This document shows, in pieces, positions 1 through 14,275 of a stretch of 64,000 nt of DNA. The notes beneath the pieces are model-generated. The model ran no database searches, had not been told where the DNA came from, and saw nothing but the letters and a program-made list of their open reading frames with translations. The DNA is from Octopus vulgaris (lineage: Eukaryota): contig OX597827.1 in the NCBI GenBank assembly GCA_951406725.2, positions 33,790,001 to 33,854,000 on the forward strand. Direction: 5' to 3'. The translations under genes were made by a program, and so were the position numbers. Each line of letters begins with the position of its first letter. Within the stretch, counting starts at the first letter, position 1.

Positions 1-589
1 GTGGCACACAAGTAGTCAGCTGATCAGGGAGGTACAATCCACAGATGGATCTCTGTAGTTATACCATGTCTCTAGCTAATGACCATACTGCACATTTTGA
101 CATGCAATAATGAATTGTATGACCTGCAATATCAAGATATATTGAACTCTTTTCACAGTCCACTCTATTTCTCTACTCTATAGATACTTGTAGTGGACAT
201 AGAGGAAGTAAGCAAAGATCTTAGTAGGCAGATAGACAGTTGGGAAGTGATTAGTGAAATAAGTAAATAAATACACAAAAGGAGGGACAAATGAGTAGAT
301 TTCTTATGCAAAAAGCAAATAAAATAACTGGTTAAGAATCAGTTAACAGTGATCAAGTTGACATGATAAAAATCATCCCAACCAGAACCATTTTAACCTA
401 TTTTTTTTATTATGACTCACATCTAAAAACTACGTAGGCCAACGTAATTTTTTTCCACCTCCTAGAATTGTAGACCGAGTTGTAGTTTTTAGTACAGAGA
501 TGGCAAACTTATATGAAAAGCAGCAGTGACACACCAATATAACAAAAAAAAAATCTCTCAGTAAATATCATGCTTTAAAATGCTTATCT

Positions 590-968
590 ACAGGTGCAGG
601 CATAGGTGTGTGGTTAAGAAGCTTGCTCTGCAACCACACAGTTTTGAGTTTAGTCTCACAGTACAGCATCTTGGGCAAATGTCTTTTGCTATAGCCTCGG
701 GCAGACCAATGCTCTGAGAGTGAATTTGATAAACAGAAACTGCATAGAAGCCGGTCGTATATATATATGTGTGTGTGTGTTTGTGCATCATTGTATGTAC
801 TCACAACTTGACAACCAGTGTTTGTCGACATCCCTGTGACTATGCAGTTCAACAAAACAGGCAGACGGAATAAGCACCAGTCCGAAAAATAAGTACTGGG
901 ACCGACCTGTTCAACTTAAAAACTCCCGGGGCAGTGCCCCAGCATAGTCACAGCCCAATGACTGAAAT
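590..968 (+). mobile_element. tRNA-derived SINE, family A (head + CTTGGGCAAGTGTCT core + internal (TA/TG)n + 3' body), diverged full-length copy
   Basis: Aligns by eye to copies at 38929-39324 and 17973-18367; head 'gtgtggttaagaagcttgc', tail 'cagcatagtcacagcccaatgactgaaa'. Confidence 0.85.
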
Positions 969-1134
969 ATGGAATTTACTTGAAACTTATTGTTATTGGA
1001 GGGTCACTTACATGTATACATATGTCAAACAATAGGAAAGTTAATGAGAAATTTAGACCTGCTCAGCTAAGATTCGCAACCTAGCAGGTCAAGAGATTAA
1101 GAGAATCCCTTATTTCAGTCATGTTTTTCATTTA

Positions 1135-1330
1135 ACTCGAGGTCAGTTCTGATGGAGCCGACATATGATAAAAATATTCCAGCTATGACCATCCATCTAT
1201 TTTTAGGGTAAGTAGGACTACATTATCTAATGTGTCCTTATTTAAAACGGCTGCAGTGCGTGATTTGAGGGAAATCTGGTTGCTATTTCTTACCGGTCGA
1301 GAGAAAAAGTAGACGCTTTCTCGTGGCAGT
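1135..1330 (-). repeat. Old interspersed repeat family E
   Basis: Motifs 'ggactacattatctaatgtgtcctt' and 'gtgatttgagggaaatctggttgctatttct' recur near 2365-2570, 33700-33910, 50815-51040, 52505-52710 and in reverse near 1945-2035, 2950-3322, 34420-34565. Confidence 0.6.
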
Positions 1331-2949
1331 GGTGTAGAGAAGGCAGTCAACTCTGTAATAGACATAATCTTTAAAAAATACAAAAAAATATACGAAAAAT
1401 TTTCCTAATACACGTTCTCTTGTACCCCTCTGTTTGTTTCTTGCTCTGCGACTCTCTCTTCATCCAATTAACACTATGCACGCATGTTTAAATTCTCTCT
1501 CCAGCCACCACTACAGTCGAAGTCGCCACCATCGTCATATCACTTTAGTGACATGGCACGGACACACAGACATCTAAATGCGCTCCAAACATCATCATCA
1601 CCGTCGTCATCATTATCAACATCATTATCATCATCATCGTCACCTCAACCATCATCAGCACATAATTCACCCATTCAATAGTTATGTAACCAGTCTTCGA
1701 GAAAGTCATGAATATCATGACTAAACCGAAAATCAGGTTTTAACTATTATTTATCAAGTAGCAGAAACGTTGGGTTAACGGATTAACAGCTTAAGTACTT
1801 TCGTTTTGAGTTCAAATTTCACTGGGGTTGATTTGTCCAGTATCGACACTGATAATAGGTAACGTACCGAGTTCGATTCAAGCGACTGTATATCTCATCC
1901 CTTCAAATCCAAACCAACGGGGTGGGCTGGATGCGATCATTCAATGCGTTAGAAATAGAAACCAAATTTCCCTCAAACCATACTCGACCATTTCAAAAAA
2001 AGGAAAGAACACATTGGAAATCGTAGTTCTTGATACATAGACACGCATACATACATACATACATGTGTGTGTATTATATATATGCACGCATACATTATGT
2101 GCGTGTATACACGCACAAAACAAAGGCAGTGTTGCGAAGCCTGGATCGGAGATGACCCGGGTTTAATCAACAAGTACATGGTGTTGTGTCAATCCGTGTA
2201 AAAAAAAAAAAATTATTCAAGAGTTATTTGCGTTATTTCTGTTGTCTTCTATTATAATTTCATTCGCATCGAGAATGGGTGTGTACGAATATAAATCGAA
2301 CCATGAAGGACGAAAAGTAAAACTGACCTTGGTGGGATTTAGGGCCGTAACTAAATACCCTTAAGGTCAGTCTTGTTTAAAAAAATCTATGATCAAATAT
2401 GTTCCGTCTATGACTATCATGTTTTTTCAAACAGAGTATGTATATCTGGGACTACATTATCCAGAGTGTTCTTCCTGGATAATTTAACAGTAAGCAGGAT
2501 GTAATTTAAAGGTGATTTTTGCTCTCTCTAATTGATCGAGACCACGTAGAGGCTCGTTAATTTATGGTTGGGTCTTAGTAGTGGCGATGGCAGAAATAGT
2601 AGAACGTCCGACTTAGAGCTTTATAGATATTAAACTGAGTTCGAATCCGTGCCAGTGGATGTTGGGGTTTCCATCCTGCCCGAGTCAATTGATTTAATCT
2701 CAAAAAAAAGAAAGGTAAAAGAATAAAGGATATTTATTATCTCGAAGAGGTTAATTAGCCTCTGGTTAGGTGGTTTCAATTTCCACTGAAAGTTATCTCG
2801 ATTAATTTATTCGTTTATATTCTTGAGGAAACAAACACATGAGGTTCACAGTATACAACTTCCCGCCAGCCAGTGAATAACAGAAAAAAGAATCAAGTCC
2901 CGCTCTATTATCTACACGCCCCTACTTCTAACTACAAATAAACCAAAAG

Positions 2950-3322
2950 GGGCTTTCTACGAGGTCACTCAACTTGCTTAAAATAGCAGCAAAATCTCCT
3001 CCATAATCGCACCATACCTTGTTTAAAAAGGACACTCTGGAAACTGTATAAACTATACCTAGAAAAAAATGAGGTTGGTTACGGTGGGAACCGTTTTTGT
3101 ATAGGCTTGCCTGACCAAGAGCTAAACAACATCACAGGTCAATGAGAGGACATCTACAGTTGTTCGACTTGCTTATCGCAACCAAATCTGCCTCAGACCA
3201 CACCTAGAGCCGATACATTGCACAATGAAATCCGAAATATTCTTAAACAGATGGGATGGCCACAGATGGAATGCTTTGAACATAGGTCTACTCGATCAGG
3301 TTTGATCTGGGGCCACACAACT
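2950..3322 (+). repeat. Two tandem copies of repeat family E
   Basis: Both contain 'cttgctt..a..gca..caaatct' and end in 'ctgaccaagagctaaacaac' / 'tgatctggggccacacaac'. Confidence 0.6.
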
Positions 3323-5970
3323 GCTCCTAAGTAACGTCACTCGTTTTGGAAATGCATGAACATCACAACACCTCCATATTTCCTTCGCTAATAAATTTGT
3401 CTTGTTATCTCAATAATTAATTACTGCAGAAAGACTACCCCCACCCCATACTAACTATTAACCACTCTATTTCTACATCTTTGCCTGCTTTACGAAATGA
3501 GTGAATATCATGTCACCTACAAACTTACCCCACGAATCAAACCTTAACCTTGTTTTCTGAAAGCATTTTTGTTTTTCAATTAAAAAGTTACAGTTTTTGT
3601 CATTTTTATTTTGCCGGCCATTTTTGAAGCAGAATTTAATTGATAAAAAAAAAGTCAATGCTTATCTTGGTACGTTGTCAGAATAACCACGTATTTATAT
3701 TAAACGCAAACAGTACCATTGCCTTTTCTATTCTTTTCTGTTTGTGCTAAAAACAAATGTGGAAATAATCATGTTTAATTCGCGACCCGGTATCATCAAT
3801 TCTTGGCTGAGGCCATTTTATTTCATTCACATCAATAATGTACCTGGGAAAGGCATGAACAGTAAAACATCTCGGTCTTCCTCCTTTACATTTAAATTTG
3901 TGACAATGTGATTAATTTCCCTTATTTTTGCATCCCAAATAATGAGCGTGAGTGTATATGAATGTATGTATATAATGATAAAATTATGTATAGAAGGGAC
4001 AAGAGTGGAATGTAAGTTGTAAGGATTGTAGTAGTGTTTGCGGTTAATGTTATTAATCAACGTCTATATATAGCTTGGAAGAAATGTTGAATATTAATTC
4101 AAAAAGAAGTACGGGGATAAAAAAAAGGCAAGATTTAAAAAACAAAAACAAGCATTAACAATAATTTGAAGAAAGCAAACTGTCAAACTGTTTCTTCGAA
4201 GTGTCACAGCTCACACTACCCTTTCCATCTCACCCTTCCTTATTCTACAACGCAACTCATTCGTGCATGCATTCACTAGATGCACGGTAATTGGGCACCT
4301 GTCACATCATACACATCCTCCATTCCGCCACCCCGAGTATATGCTGCGTTTTAGAGTGTATGGATATATATTTATATACATACATATATGTGTGTGTGTA
4401 TGTATACAGTCTGGCAACGAAGGGACGAGGTAGGATGAATGAAGTTAAACAAAAGAAGGAGCGGATACTGATAGAGAATGGTAAATAGGTAAATAACTCG
4501 GTAAGCAGGTAGTTTCGCAGATAAACAGACAAGCGGATAGCTAGCAAGCTAGCTTAGAATACGGGCGAAGGTAGGTAGAGTTGTATAGACAAATAGCTGG
4601 ATAGATAGTAGCTATCTTGCTAAATAGGAGGCATAGGTAAAACGAGAGAGAGAGAGAATAATGAAAGATAAAATGTCAAAGAAACAAAAGAGTGGAGAAA
4701 GAGGACGAAGCCATAGTCTGACATTGAAATTGTTAGCTAGGTAGATAGAGAAAGAGAGAGAGAGTGGTGGAAAGAGAATTAGATGAAATGAAAGATTCGG
4801 AGAACAGGATGAAGACAATTAATGAAACTGAGAAATGTATAAATAAAAAATGAATGCTAATACACACTAAAAATATAAAGGGAACTAGAGAAAATTAAAG
4901 AAATAAAGAGAGAGGCAACGGGAGAGATACAAAGAACTTCTTTCAGCCCCACATACCAGCTTTCCAATGCTGACACAAACGAACATAAACATGTACATCT
5001 CTCTCTATATATATGCGTGTGTATACATGTGTGTGTGTGTGTGGTAGATACAGACATATGTAAAATTGATATATACATATATAAATTCCACAATGGAATG
5101 TACACAGTCGTCTTATACAATAGCAATAATTTTATCTCCTACCCTTAATAAAGGACCTGACCCTCATTGTCCGCAATTACCACAGAATATGGGGATCAGT
5201 TCAAGTTAGCTTACCATTACAATTGGTACCCATACTTCTAGACCGGCTACTATATAAACATGTCTTAAAGACATTCTAATATATAAATGTATCTAAATAA
5301 TTTTATAAATGTTTAAAAGACACATACATACATGAATTTCTATACTTAAAATGTATATACACTTACTGGGTATAGAAACAGAGCTGATTTAGGAAAATGA
5401 AGTTTTTTTAAAGAAAAATTGCATTGAAAAAACAAAACAAAACAATCCCGACTAGGACGACTTAATCTTTGCTAAGGAAAATGATGATAATCCTTAAAAT
5501 AGAAAAAATAATGTCACTGATGTGATCAGTGGTAATGATGATGACTATGATGGTGTTAAGAGAGGTTAAAGAAGGGGCAAATAAAATGAGGGAGAGAGAA
5601 ATAAAGAAATGGCAATGAAAACGATGTTACTCTATCGTAAATGTAAGAGAAAAAGAGCGATAGAAGATGAATGAGTAAGAAACGGAGGAAACAAGAAAGA
5701 AAGAAAGGAAGAGACAGAGAGAGAGAGAAAGACATACAGGAAGAAGGACAAAGAAAGAGAAAAGGAAAGAGTATGGAATTATAATTGGGGGAATGAGATT
5801 AAAAATGAAGATGAGAGATAAATAAAGAAGGAGGATTAATCTAGAGCGGGTGAGGAGAAAGAAAAAGGAAAAGAAGGCAGATGAATTTGAATGGAGCAGA
5901 AAGAGACGAAGGTGGGGAGTGATGAATGACAGTGAGGCAGACTAAAGAAAAAACAGTGAGAAGAGAAATA

Positions 5971-6023
<53 letters not shown>

Positions 6024-7158
6024 GCAGAGAGAGAGAGAGAGAGGGTAAAGAGAAAAAGAGAGACAGAGAGGAAGAGCAAGAGTGAGGGTGGATAAAGAAA
6101 GGAGGGTGTGTAAAGATACAAATATATATGTAAAGAGAGAAAGAGAGAGAGGGGCACAGAGAGAGAGGTGAAAATCGAGTGAAAAAAGAGAGGACAGAAC
6201 TGAGAGAGAGGAAGGGAGAGAGACAGAGAAAGTGAACAGAAAGAAAGAGTAAGATAGAATGAGAGAGAGTGGGTTGCTTACCTTGCCATTTATTCATGAG
6301 CAAGTCCCAGGATCACAGCCAGGTTATTTTGTCATGTTCATGCCAAACCAAAGGATGCTTTTAAAAAGATGTGTTGCTGTGAAACTAGGGGGAGACAATG
6401 CTGTGTCCGGATATTTCATCCATTGGCTTCTAGAATTCATTAAAATTGCAAATTACAGCTTTTCATTTCATTTTCTCCGTCAAAAATCCTTAAAACAGTA
6501 ACGAAAGAATTGTTTTTGTTTTGCTTTCTCGTGGTAAGCGGGTTGATTATATATATATATTAGAAGCAAACTAGTTAACTAAATAGATTAGAAAACGAAA
6601 CGAAATTAAAAGAATCAATGAATAAGTAAATGAATAAACGAACGAAAAATCCTGTTAGGCACATAAAGGGTGGCAGCAATGTTTTATGGTGGTGGCAGCG
6701 GTAAAGGTAGCTAGCATCGACTGTGATGATAAAAGTGGTGGTGGCGGCGGTGGTGATGGTGGTGGTGGTTGTGGGTCGTCATTGTGGTAGTAGTGGGCTC
6801 GATGGCCATGGAAAACCGAGAGGCGGCGTCACCAATGCAGTAGGGTAGAATAAGGGTATCGGGTAGAGTGTAGTTGGAGTGTTGACTGGAAAGATATTGG
6901 AAGAAACGGGTATTATCCAGAGAGGGAGAGAGAGAGAAAGAGATAAAGTCATCGAGAGGGGAGAGGAGAAAAGGAAAGAAAGAAAAACAGAAGGCGAAGT
7001 GTCTCATCTGTCACTGGATCCAGTCTAACGTAGTTATTCATCGCATGTGGCCGAGAATGTTGTTATATACACAATCATACATACATTTTCATATGTACAC
7101 ACTCATGCCTACTTGCCAGTCTTTGTACACAGCCAGTTACTAGCTAGCTAGGTCGCTG

Positions 7159-7226
<68 letters not shown>

Positions 7227-7287
7227 CATCCATCCATCCATCCATCCATCCATCCATCCATCCATCCATCCATCTATCTATCTATCA

Positions 7288-7344
<57 letters not shown>

Positions 7345-7360
7345 CCTATCTATCTATATA
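7159..7360. repeat. Compound microsatellite (TCTA)n(TCCA)n(TCTA)n
   Basis: Directly visible. Confidence 0.98.
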
Positions 7361-8019
7361 AAGAAAGAGAGAGAGAGCGAATGAAAAAAAAAACGGTAGA
7401 TCCCAAAAGGGAAGGGACAATAGATAAAAACAAAGAGAAGAATGTATGATAACCCAGATTTTTTACTTTTTGTAAATATTTCCTGTGAGTGAGTGAGTGA
7501 GAAACAGAGAGGGAGAAAGAAAGAAAGAAAGAGAGAGATGTGTGTACCCGTAGCTTAGTATGACCCATACAATCTAGTATTGCTATTCCATTTGAGGGTC
7601 AGCATAACCTTTCAGCTTCCTACGGGCAACATTAATATATTATTAACATTAATATATTAACATTAATATACACCACACACTAACTAATAACTACAAGGAG
7701 TCTTTAAGCACGTTTATATTTTAGTTCAGTTAGATATTGGTCTGGAATTTTTCTGCTTCTGTTCCCAGAGCCAAACATGTAACATCAGTTTTTCTCTGGC
7801 TGTTTAAATATAATCCGTATAACTTAGTAGTTTTATAGCCTTAAGCCCACCACTAATTGTGTTATGTTGATGTGCTAGTTCATAGATTTACAAATCCTTA
7901 AATGAAGAGAACTTGCCTGAACTTTTCCATGATGTTAATGTTGACATTTGGCCAAAACAAAAATTTGTAACATTTGTACAAAAATCAAGACTATTTCATA
8001 TCTTCTTTTCTTCACTCAG

Positions 8020-8123
8020 CTGCAATCGAGACACCGTTCACCAAACCACGCCAAGAATCGTTGTCCTCCATTAATTTTGCTAGATCCTCAGTTTTGCTGC
8101 ATGTCTCTGAGAATAACATCAAC
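8020..8123 (+). other. Candidate exon of a plus-strand, probably non-coding transcript
   Basis: Pyrimidine tract and AG 'tcttcttttcttcactcag|' followed 104 nt later by consensus donor 'aac|gtaagt'; unique sequence. Confidence 0.35.
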
Positions 8124-8929
8124 GTAAGTTGAATGTATTTTTAAATGGATAGGTTGTATTCCATCTAATATGATTCTACTCAGAAGGCTGTAATATCATT
8201 TGACAGGAACACGGTGTAAAGAAATACATGGAACAAGGTGGTAACTTTAAAATACCTTTAATGTGGCCACACATATTTATACAAGCTGCATGATAAATGA
8301 AAATGGTTTGATGCATGGAAGCCATGGTCTTCTCCTGTGCATTGCCTCCTATCTGCTTGCTGGCGTATGGTGTGAGAGAGAGATTAGATCACGTCTTTAC
8401 TGTCCAATGTCTTGGTGAGAAAGGAGGAAGAGATGAGTCTCTGGACCTTAATGTTGCGTAATGCCCTCTAATTAGGCAGCTGCCACCAGGAGAGGTAACT
8501 GCATCTACATGTTGATGTCTTCTATTAAGACGCTGATATCTTCAAAACAAAGCAGCTGATATTCAGCACAACAGCAGTAGCCATCAAAGCTTACCTTGCT
8601 TTGAGGAAAAATAGTAGAAATGACTGGAATGTGTCCATAAATCTTTCCTTTAATTTTATACTCTAAATTAAATATATTTTGAGCCACCATGAAAGAAACT
8701 TAATTTATGTACCATCAAAACGATCTTGAAGCTCTTTCCAGGTTTTGACTCAATAACTGCAGCTCGTAAGTGCAGTTTCAGTTGACCATCTCTCAAGGTA
8801 AACAGGCTAACGTCACCACCACTGCCCCATATCTTAGATGTCTTCGTAAAAACACCACACTTTCCACAGTGTATCCCTTGATTGGCAGACTCATTAGAAT
8901 GTGGGACAAAATGACTCAGTATTTAGTTA

Positions 8930-9900
8930 TGACTCTTTTCAATCTGATTTTAAATCCTTCTGATGTTAACTTTGTCTTTTGTCCTCCCAGGGTCGATAAA
9001 ATAAAGTATCAGTCAAGTACTTGGAATGATTTAATATCAGTTTCAAATTTTGGCACAAGGCCAGCAATTTTAGGAGAGAGTGTTTAACCGGTATTCAACC
9101 GGTACTTATTTTATCGACACTGAAAGGATGAAAGGCAAAGTCGACTTCGGCAGAATTTGAACTTAGACCGTCAAGACAGATGAAATGCCACTAAGCATTT
9201 TGCCAGGCATGCTAACCATTCTGCCAGCTCACCTCCTTCAGGATTGATTTGATATTAGTTTCAAATTTTGGAGGAGGGTGCTAGTCAATTACTTCGATCC
9301 TCAGTGTTTAACTGGTACTTAATTTACCAACCCCGAAAGGATGAAAGGTATAGTTGACCTCGGCGGAATTTGAACCCAGAACCTAAAGACAGACGAAATG
9401 CTGTTAAGCATTTTGCCTGGCGTGCTAACGATTATACCAGCTTGCCATCTTTAAGATTAATTTAATATTAACATAAAGTCCAAGGCGGTGAACTGGCAAA
9501 ATCATTAGCACGCTGGGCAAAATGCTTTACGTTCTGAATTCAAATTCCGTTGGGGTCAACTTTGCCTTTCATCCTTTTGGACTTGATAAAATCGACTTAT
9601 CCCTCCCAAAATTGCTGGCCTTGTGCCAAAATTTGAAATTAATATTAATATAAAGTACCTAGTGGGTTAGAGTGGGTAAATTGATATGGTTGATGTTCTT
9701 GAAACTTGCCTTTGTTAGCAGTTTCATGCCATTATGAATATCTTATCTTTTTGTATCTTTAAGGCAGCAAACTGGCAGAGTTGTTAAATTGTCGGTGGAA
9801 ATGCCTTGCTGTATTTGATGTGGCTCTCTACGCTGTAAGTGCAAATTCTGCTGACGTTAACTTTGTCTTTTTTCCTTTTGGGGTCGAACAATAATTATCA
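8930..9900. mobile_element. Cluster of about 5 copies of tRNA-derived SINE family B in mixed orientation
   Basis: Repeated 'ggcggtgaactggcaaaatcattagcacgctgggcaaaatgct...ttcaaattccg...tttgcctttcatcc' and its reverse complement at about 8930(+), 9035-9238(-), 9250-9450(-), 9482-9640(+), 9760-9900(+). Confidence 0.85.
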
Positions 9901-12170
9901 GTCCGAGATGGTGGTTTGACAGAATTTATAGAGTTTAGGGTTACGGTTCGTTGCAGTATCTATTCTTACTTATTGTGTTATGAGATGTATTCTGATTGTT
10001 ATTATTTGAATTCTATCTGTTTTATGGGACTGTTACAACATGGACAGTAGTGCCATTACTAATAACAAAGAGAGGCTGTGGTTTTAATCTCATAAAAACT
10101 ACTATGCTTCTCATTGCCTTAAGACCAATGGCTGAAACCCTTTAAAAATTGCTCTGTGAACTTATATGTTTCCCATTGCAGCAAGAACTATTTCAACACC
10201 ATTTTAACACATCACATGAGTACCAAAAAAGCTCTTTTATGTTTTTCCCCCACGTCAGTCAAACATCACAACTGCTGCACTCAAAACAACTACTGATTCT
10301 CTTTAATGATGATGGTAAATTAGCAATTCAAACTTTTGGAATACTTACAAAAATTCCAGTTTGTGTGCGCACACGCGAGTGCATGTGGGCATGTGTGTGT
10401 ACATGTATGTATGGGTGGGTGGACGTGGGTGTGTGTCTACATACATACATATATACATATGTAGTTTTAACACTACTTGTTACAAGCAAAGCAAACTATG
10501 AACATAGAAAACTCAATGTTAACCATTGGAATAATTAACATGTTTTAGTGAATTAAAATAGCCATCTGTGTATCATACTTAATATATTTATCCTGTCGAT
10601 TGGCCAGTTACTGCGATAACATCTCTTGTAGATATGCTCTGTTAAAATCAATAAATATCAGAGGGAGATGAGAATCCCAGATGCACTTCGTTCCTTTTTG
10701 TACCTTTCCCATGAGGCACACTCGCAGCCATTCACATGTTCGAACGAGAATTCATCGCCTCTGATATAGGAAAAAGAAGAAGATCATTGAAGTTGTATGT
10801 TGTTGTCTGCAGATCCTTGTTGAAGGATGTTGACAGTGTTGGAAGATCTTCAATCTGCAATGTAAATGTTGTCTCAGCTTCCACTGTATACTTATCTTTG
10901 TGTCAATCAAGAGAAAATAAGAGAAACCAAGGAAGTAGGAAGGGTTGTTTGTGTGGAGACGTATAGTATCTTTTATAAATAATAAAGTATTTTAGACCTA
11001 GATTTATAGCTTATAAATATATTTTTTTTATAGTGGTTGGACAGTATACTGAATACATTATGATGTGATTTAACTTTCTTACAGTAGCATTTAATTGTTT
11101 TTGAGTGTATTTTTATATGTAGATTTTATTTAAACAATCAATTGGATATAGATTATCCTTCCTGTAAGATGTTTAAATGTATGAAAATTAACTTAATTCA
11201 AAATTTGGAAATCTAAAAACTTAAATTTAAAATTTAAAAAGGTTTACACTGGTGGATATTTGAATGCTAGTATTTAGCATGAATTTTGTTAAATATAAAC
11301 TGCTTGAGAATTTAAACATTTGAAAAATTTGAATAATTTTCTAATTGGTACATTATGTCATATTCTCATGTGTTTTCATGATCTTGTGGTAATTTGTAGG
11401 AAAATTTAAAAGTGGTTGAAAGAGTGGAATAAAAGCAATGGCAAAGGAAAAATTAATACATAAGTGGAAAATAAAACAAAATGTCTTATCTGTAGGGGCA
11501 AACGATATGTGTAAAGGGTTTTAAAGTTTTGCATATTTTTTTGAATTCATGTAGAGATTCTTTCTAAGCGTTTATTTATGAGTGGTTTCATGGTGATTGA
11601 AATTTTATGAAGTTCAGCTGTGCACAGATTACATAGTTTCCTAGTTACATTACAAGACTTTGTACACAAAATAATTTTCCATTTCAGTTTGAATTAGATA
11701 TTCTTGTTTTTCATTTGTCATATAAATTATGAAAGGGTGGTAACTTTATTACACTTTGTATTTCTACAAGTATGTACTTTGAGACTGTGTCGAGAATTGA
11801 AGAGGTTACTTCTGAGACTAATGTAAATATTTACAAAATTTTTGTTTGTAACTTCACTTTGTGATTTTCGAGGCACCTTGACTCCAATAGACAGTTGCTA
11901 GTAATCTTGCTCTGGTAGTTCTGGTTATTTAAGTTTTTTTTTTCATTGAATTTGCATAAGTTGGAAGAGGAATATATGTGTACAGAGTCAAGAGTAGCTC
12001 GAGTATGGTAAACTTACTGTGTTTATATTAAAGAGGTTATTACATATTTGTAGTGGAGTGAAAAGCTTAATCACAAGCTTTAAACAAAAGCCTAATTATA
12101 AGTGGTGGTATACAATATTAGACAAAGGTCTAAAACCTTATTGTCTCAGGTTTCTTGTATTTACTATAGT

Positions 12171-13310
12171 TACGAAGGTGGGCTGGAAGGTTCATTGGTT
12201 GACAATGAAAGAATGATACTAGATCTGTGAAACCTTGCATGGATTAATTTCAACTCTCCGTATTAATAACTGTATAGTTTCTTTCCTGGTTAACTGACAC
12301 CTGAGAGTTCAAAGAAGACTTCAAAAGTAACTGTCAGTAACTTCTCTTGAAAATGGACAAAATTTGGCATCATTGTGTTACCAAGTATCTGCAGAAAAAG
12401 AGTTTAGCCCCCAAGGACATTCATGCTAACATGATTGCTCCATTAGGGGGATGATGCTTCAACTTTACCAACAGTGCAAAAGTGGGCAGCTGAATTTAGA
12501 AGGGGAAGGGAGAGTCTTGAAGATGATCCGACGTCTGGAGGTCCTGCAACTTCCACCATCGAGGAAAACATTGATCGTGTTCACAACATGGTAATGGACG
12601 ACAGGCAATTGACTATAAATCAAATAGCTAATGCTGTGAGTGAGAGAGTTGTGAATATTCTGCACAATGAACTTGGCATGACGAAGGCTCCTGCTCGGTG
12701 GATGCCACGTCTTCTGACACTTGATCAAAAGCGCACCAGGCTGATCACCTCACGGGAAACTCTGGCATTGTTTGAAGCAGCTCCGGCCGGTTTCCTTGAA
12801 TGTTTTCTAACCCAAGATGAGTATCAGCCTCATCACTTTGAGCCCAAGACAAAGAGACAGTCCAGGTAGTGGAAACATCCCTCTTCACCTACTCCAAAGA
12901 AGGTCAAGGTTTATTTTCATTTGCAGGGAAGGTGATGGCCTTAGGTTTTGGGGATGCAAAAGGCATTGTGTTTATTGACTATTTTCAAAAGGGCCACACC
13001 ATCAATGAAGAATACTATGCCAATTTGCTGAGGCAGTTACGAAAGGCTATCAAGACCAAATGTCTAGGAAAACTGGCAAAAGGGGACTTATTTTATTAAA
13101 ACAATACTTCAGCATACAAATCCTTGGTTTCAATGGGTGCTGTGCAAGAATGCGGCTTTAAACTAGTTGATCAGCCTCCCTATTCTCCTGATTTCGTCCC
13201 ATCTGACTATTTTATGTTTCCCCCAACATGAAAATATTCTTGGTTGATATTGCAATGATGATGATGTCATATCTACTGTTGATGACATTTTTTGATCAAC
13301 AGAATGAAAG
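12171..13310 (+). pseudogene. Mariner (Tc1/mariner DD34D) transposon remnant with frameshifted transposase
   Basis: TA then 'cgaaggtgggctggaaggttc' TIR-like start; ATG at 12353 (MDKIW); HTH region 'QKWAAEFRRGRESLEDDPTSGGP'; WMPRLL (WVPHEL-type) motif; 'GIVFIDYFQKGHTINEEYY'; 'PPYSPDFVPSDY' (YSPDLAPSD-type) near 13181; stops and frameshifts; 3' end replaced by a SINE fragment. Confidence 0.93.
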
Positions 13311-13452
13311 CTTGTTTTAGTCATTTGACTGCAACCATGCTGGAGCACTGCCTTGAAGGGTTTTTAGTTGAACAAATTGACTCCATGACTTTTTTTTAAG
13401 CCTGGTACTTATTCTATCAGTCACTTTTTGCTGAATGGCTAAGCTACGGGGT
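13310..13452 (-). mobile_element. SINE family A 3' fragment truncating the mariner
   Basis: 'gtcatttgactgcaaccatgctggagcactgcc' is the reverse complement of the family A tail. Confidence 0.8.
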
Positions 13453-14153
13453 CTCTTATTTGATTTATTTTCGGGTTTATAAACCTTTGATTCACACCTT
13501 TAACAACTTGATTAAATTCGCCAAATGATGATGTACAATCTATGATAATTATTCAATGGGCATGATGCCTAAAGGATAAATGCAAGTTCTCTAATTTATT
13601 TTTATTATATTATTTTTTATTTTTAGCATTATGTTTTCTCTTTATCAGTTATCCACTTTTACAAGAGCTTTTTCCACCTTTCCATCTTAATATTGTTACA
13701 GGTTTTTTCATTCTATTAACTTTTCAGTTTTTTGTAATACACCTCACTCCTAATCGGAAATAATTGTAAATAACCCAATATTAAAGATTTAAGCTGACCA
13801 TGGGAGTAAGTGGCCAATATCAAATTTCACTGCCCTATCTAATAGCATCTAATTTAGGAGACAACATAAGTGTGATAGTCTTCACTTACATACACTAAGG
13901 CCACTAATGTTTTTTAAGCTATCGCATATCCTTTTCTGTCTTCATTCTTCTATCTCATACGACCCCTCCTCCATTCCATATCTTCCTTTCCTCTTCATTT
14001 CTTTCTTTCTTTTTCAGTTCATCTCTTCTTTCCCCCTTTTTTCTTTACCTGTCTTCAACTCACCTTATTCTTATTACCACTTTTTGCTCCCTTTTCCATG
14101 CTTATATCGTTCCTTCATTGTTGTTCTGCCTTGTTTTTCATCAGAATACTCCG

Positions 14154-14275
14154 ACTCTGATGAGGATAGCATTAGTTCTTTAAGGTCGTTCAATTTTTCT
14201 CAACTGATCAATGGACTGATTGAATAAACCGACCAATGAACGAACCTATAATGATTATTGGAAACAGTTGTAAGT
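14154..14275 (+). ncRNA. Hammerhead ribozyme-like motif (type I, PLE-type) with about 97-nt stem II, partly decayed
   Basis: act-CTGATGA(14157-63)-[ggatagcatt..ggtcg..ttcaat/attgaa..cgacc..aatgattatt]-GAAA(14261-64)-cagttg-TA-agt. Confidence 0.6.

Noticed and set aside
10805-10862. Possible miRNA hairpin (tgcagat...atctgca)
   Set aside because: Only the base pairs well, and I recognise no known mature miRNA sequence
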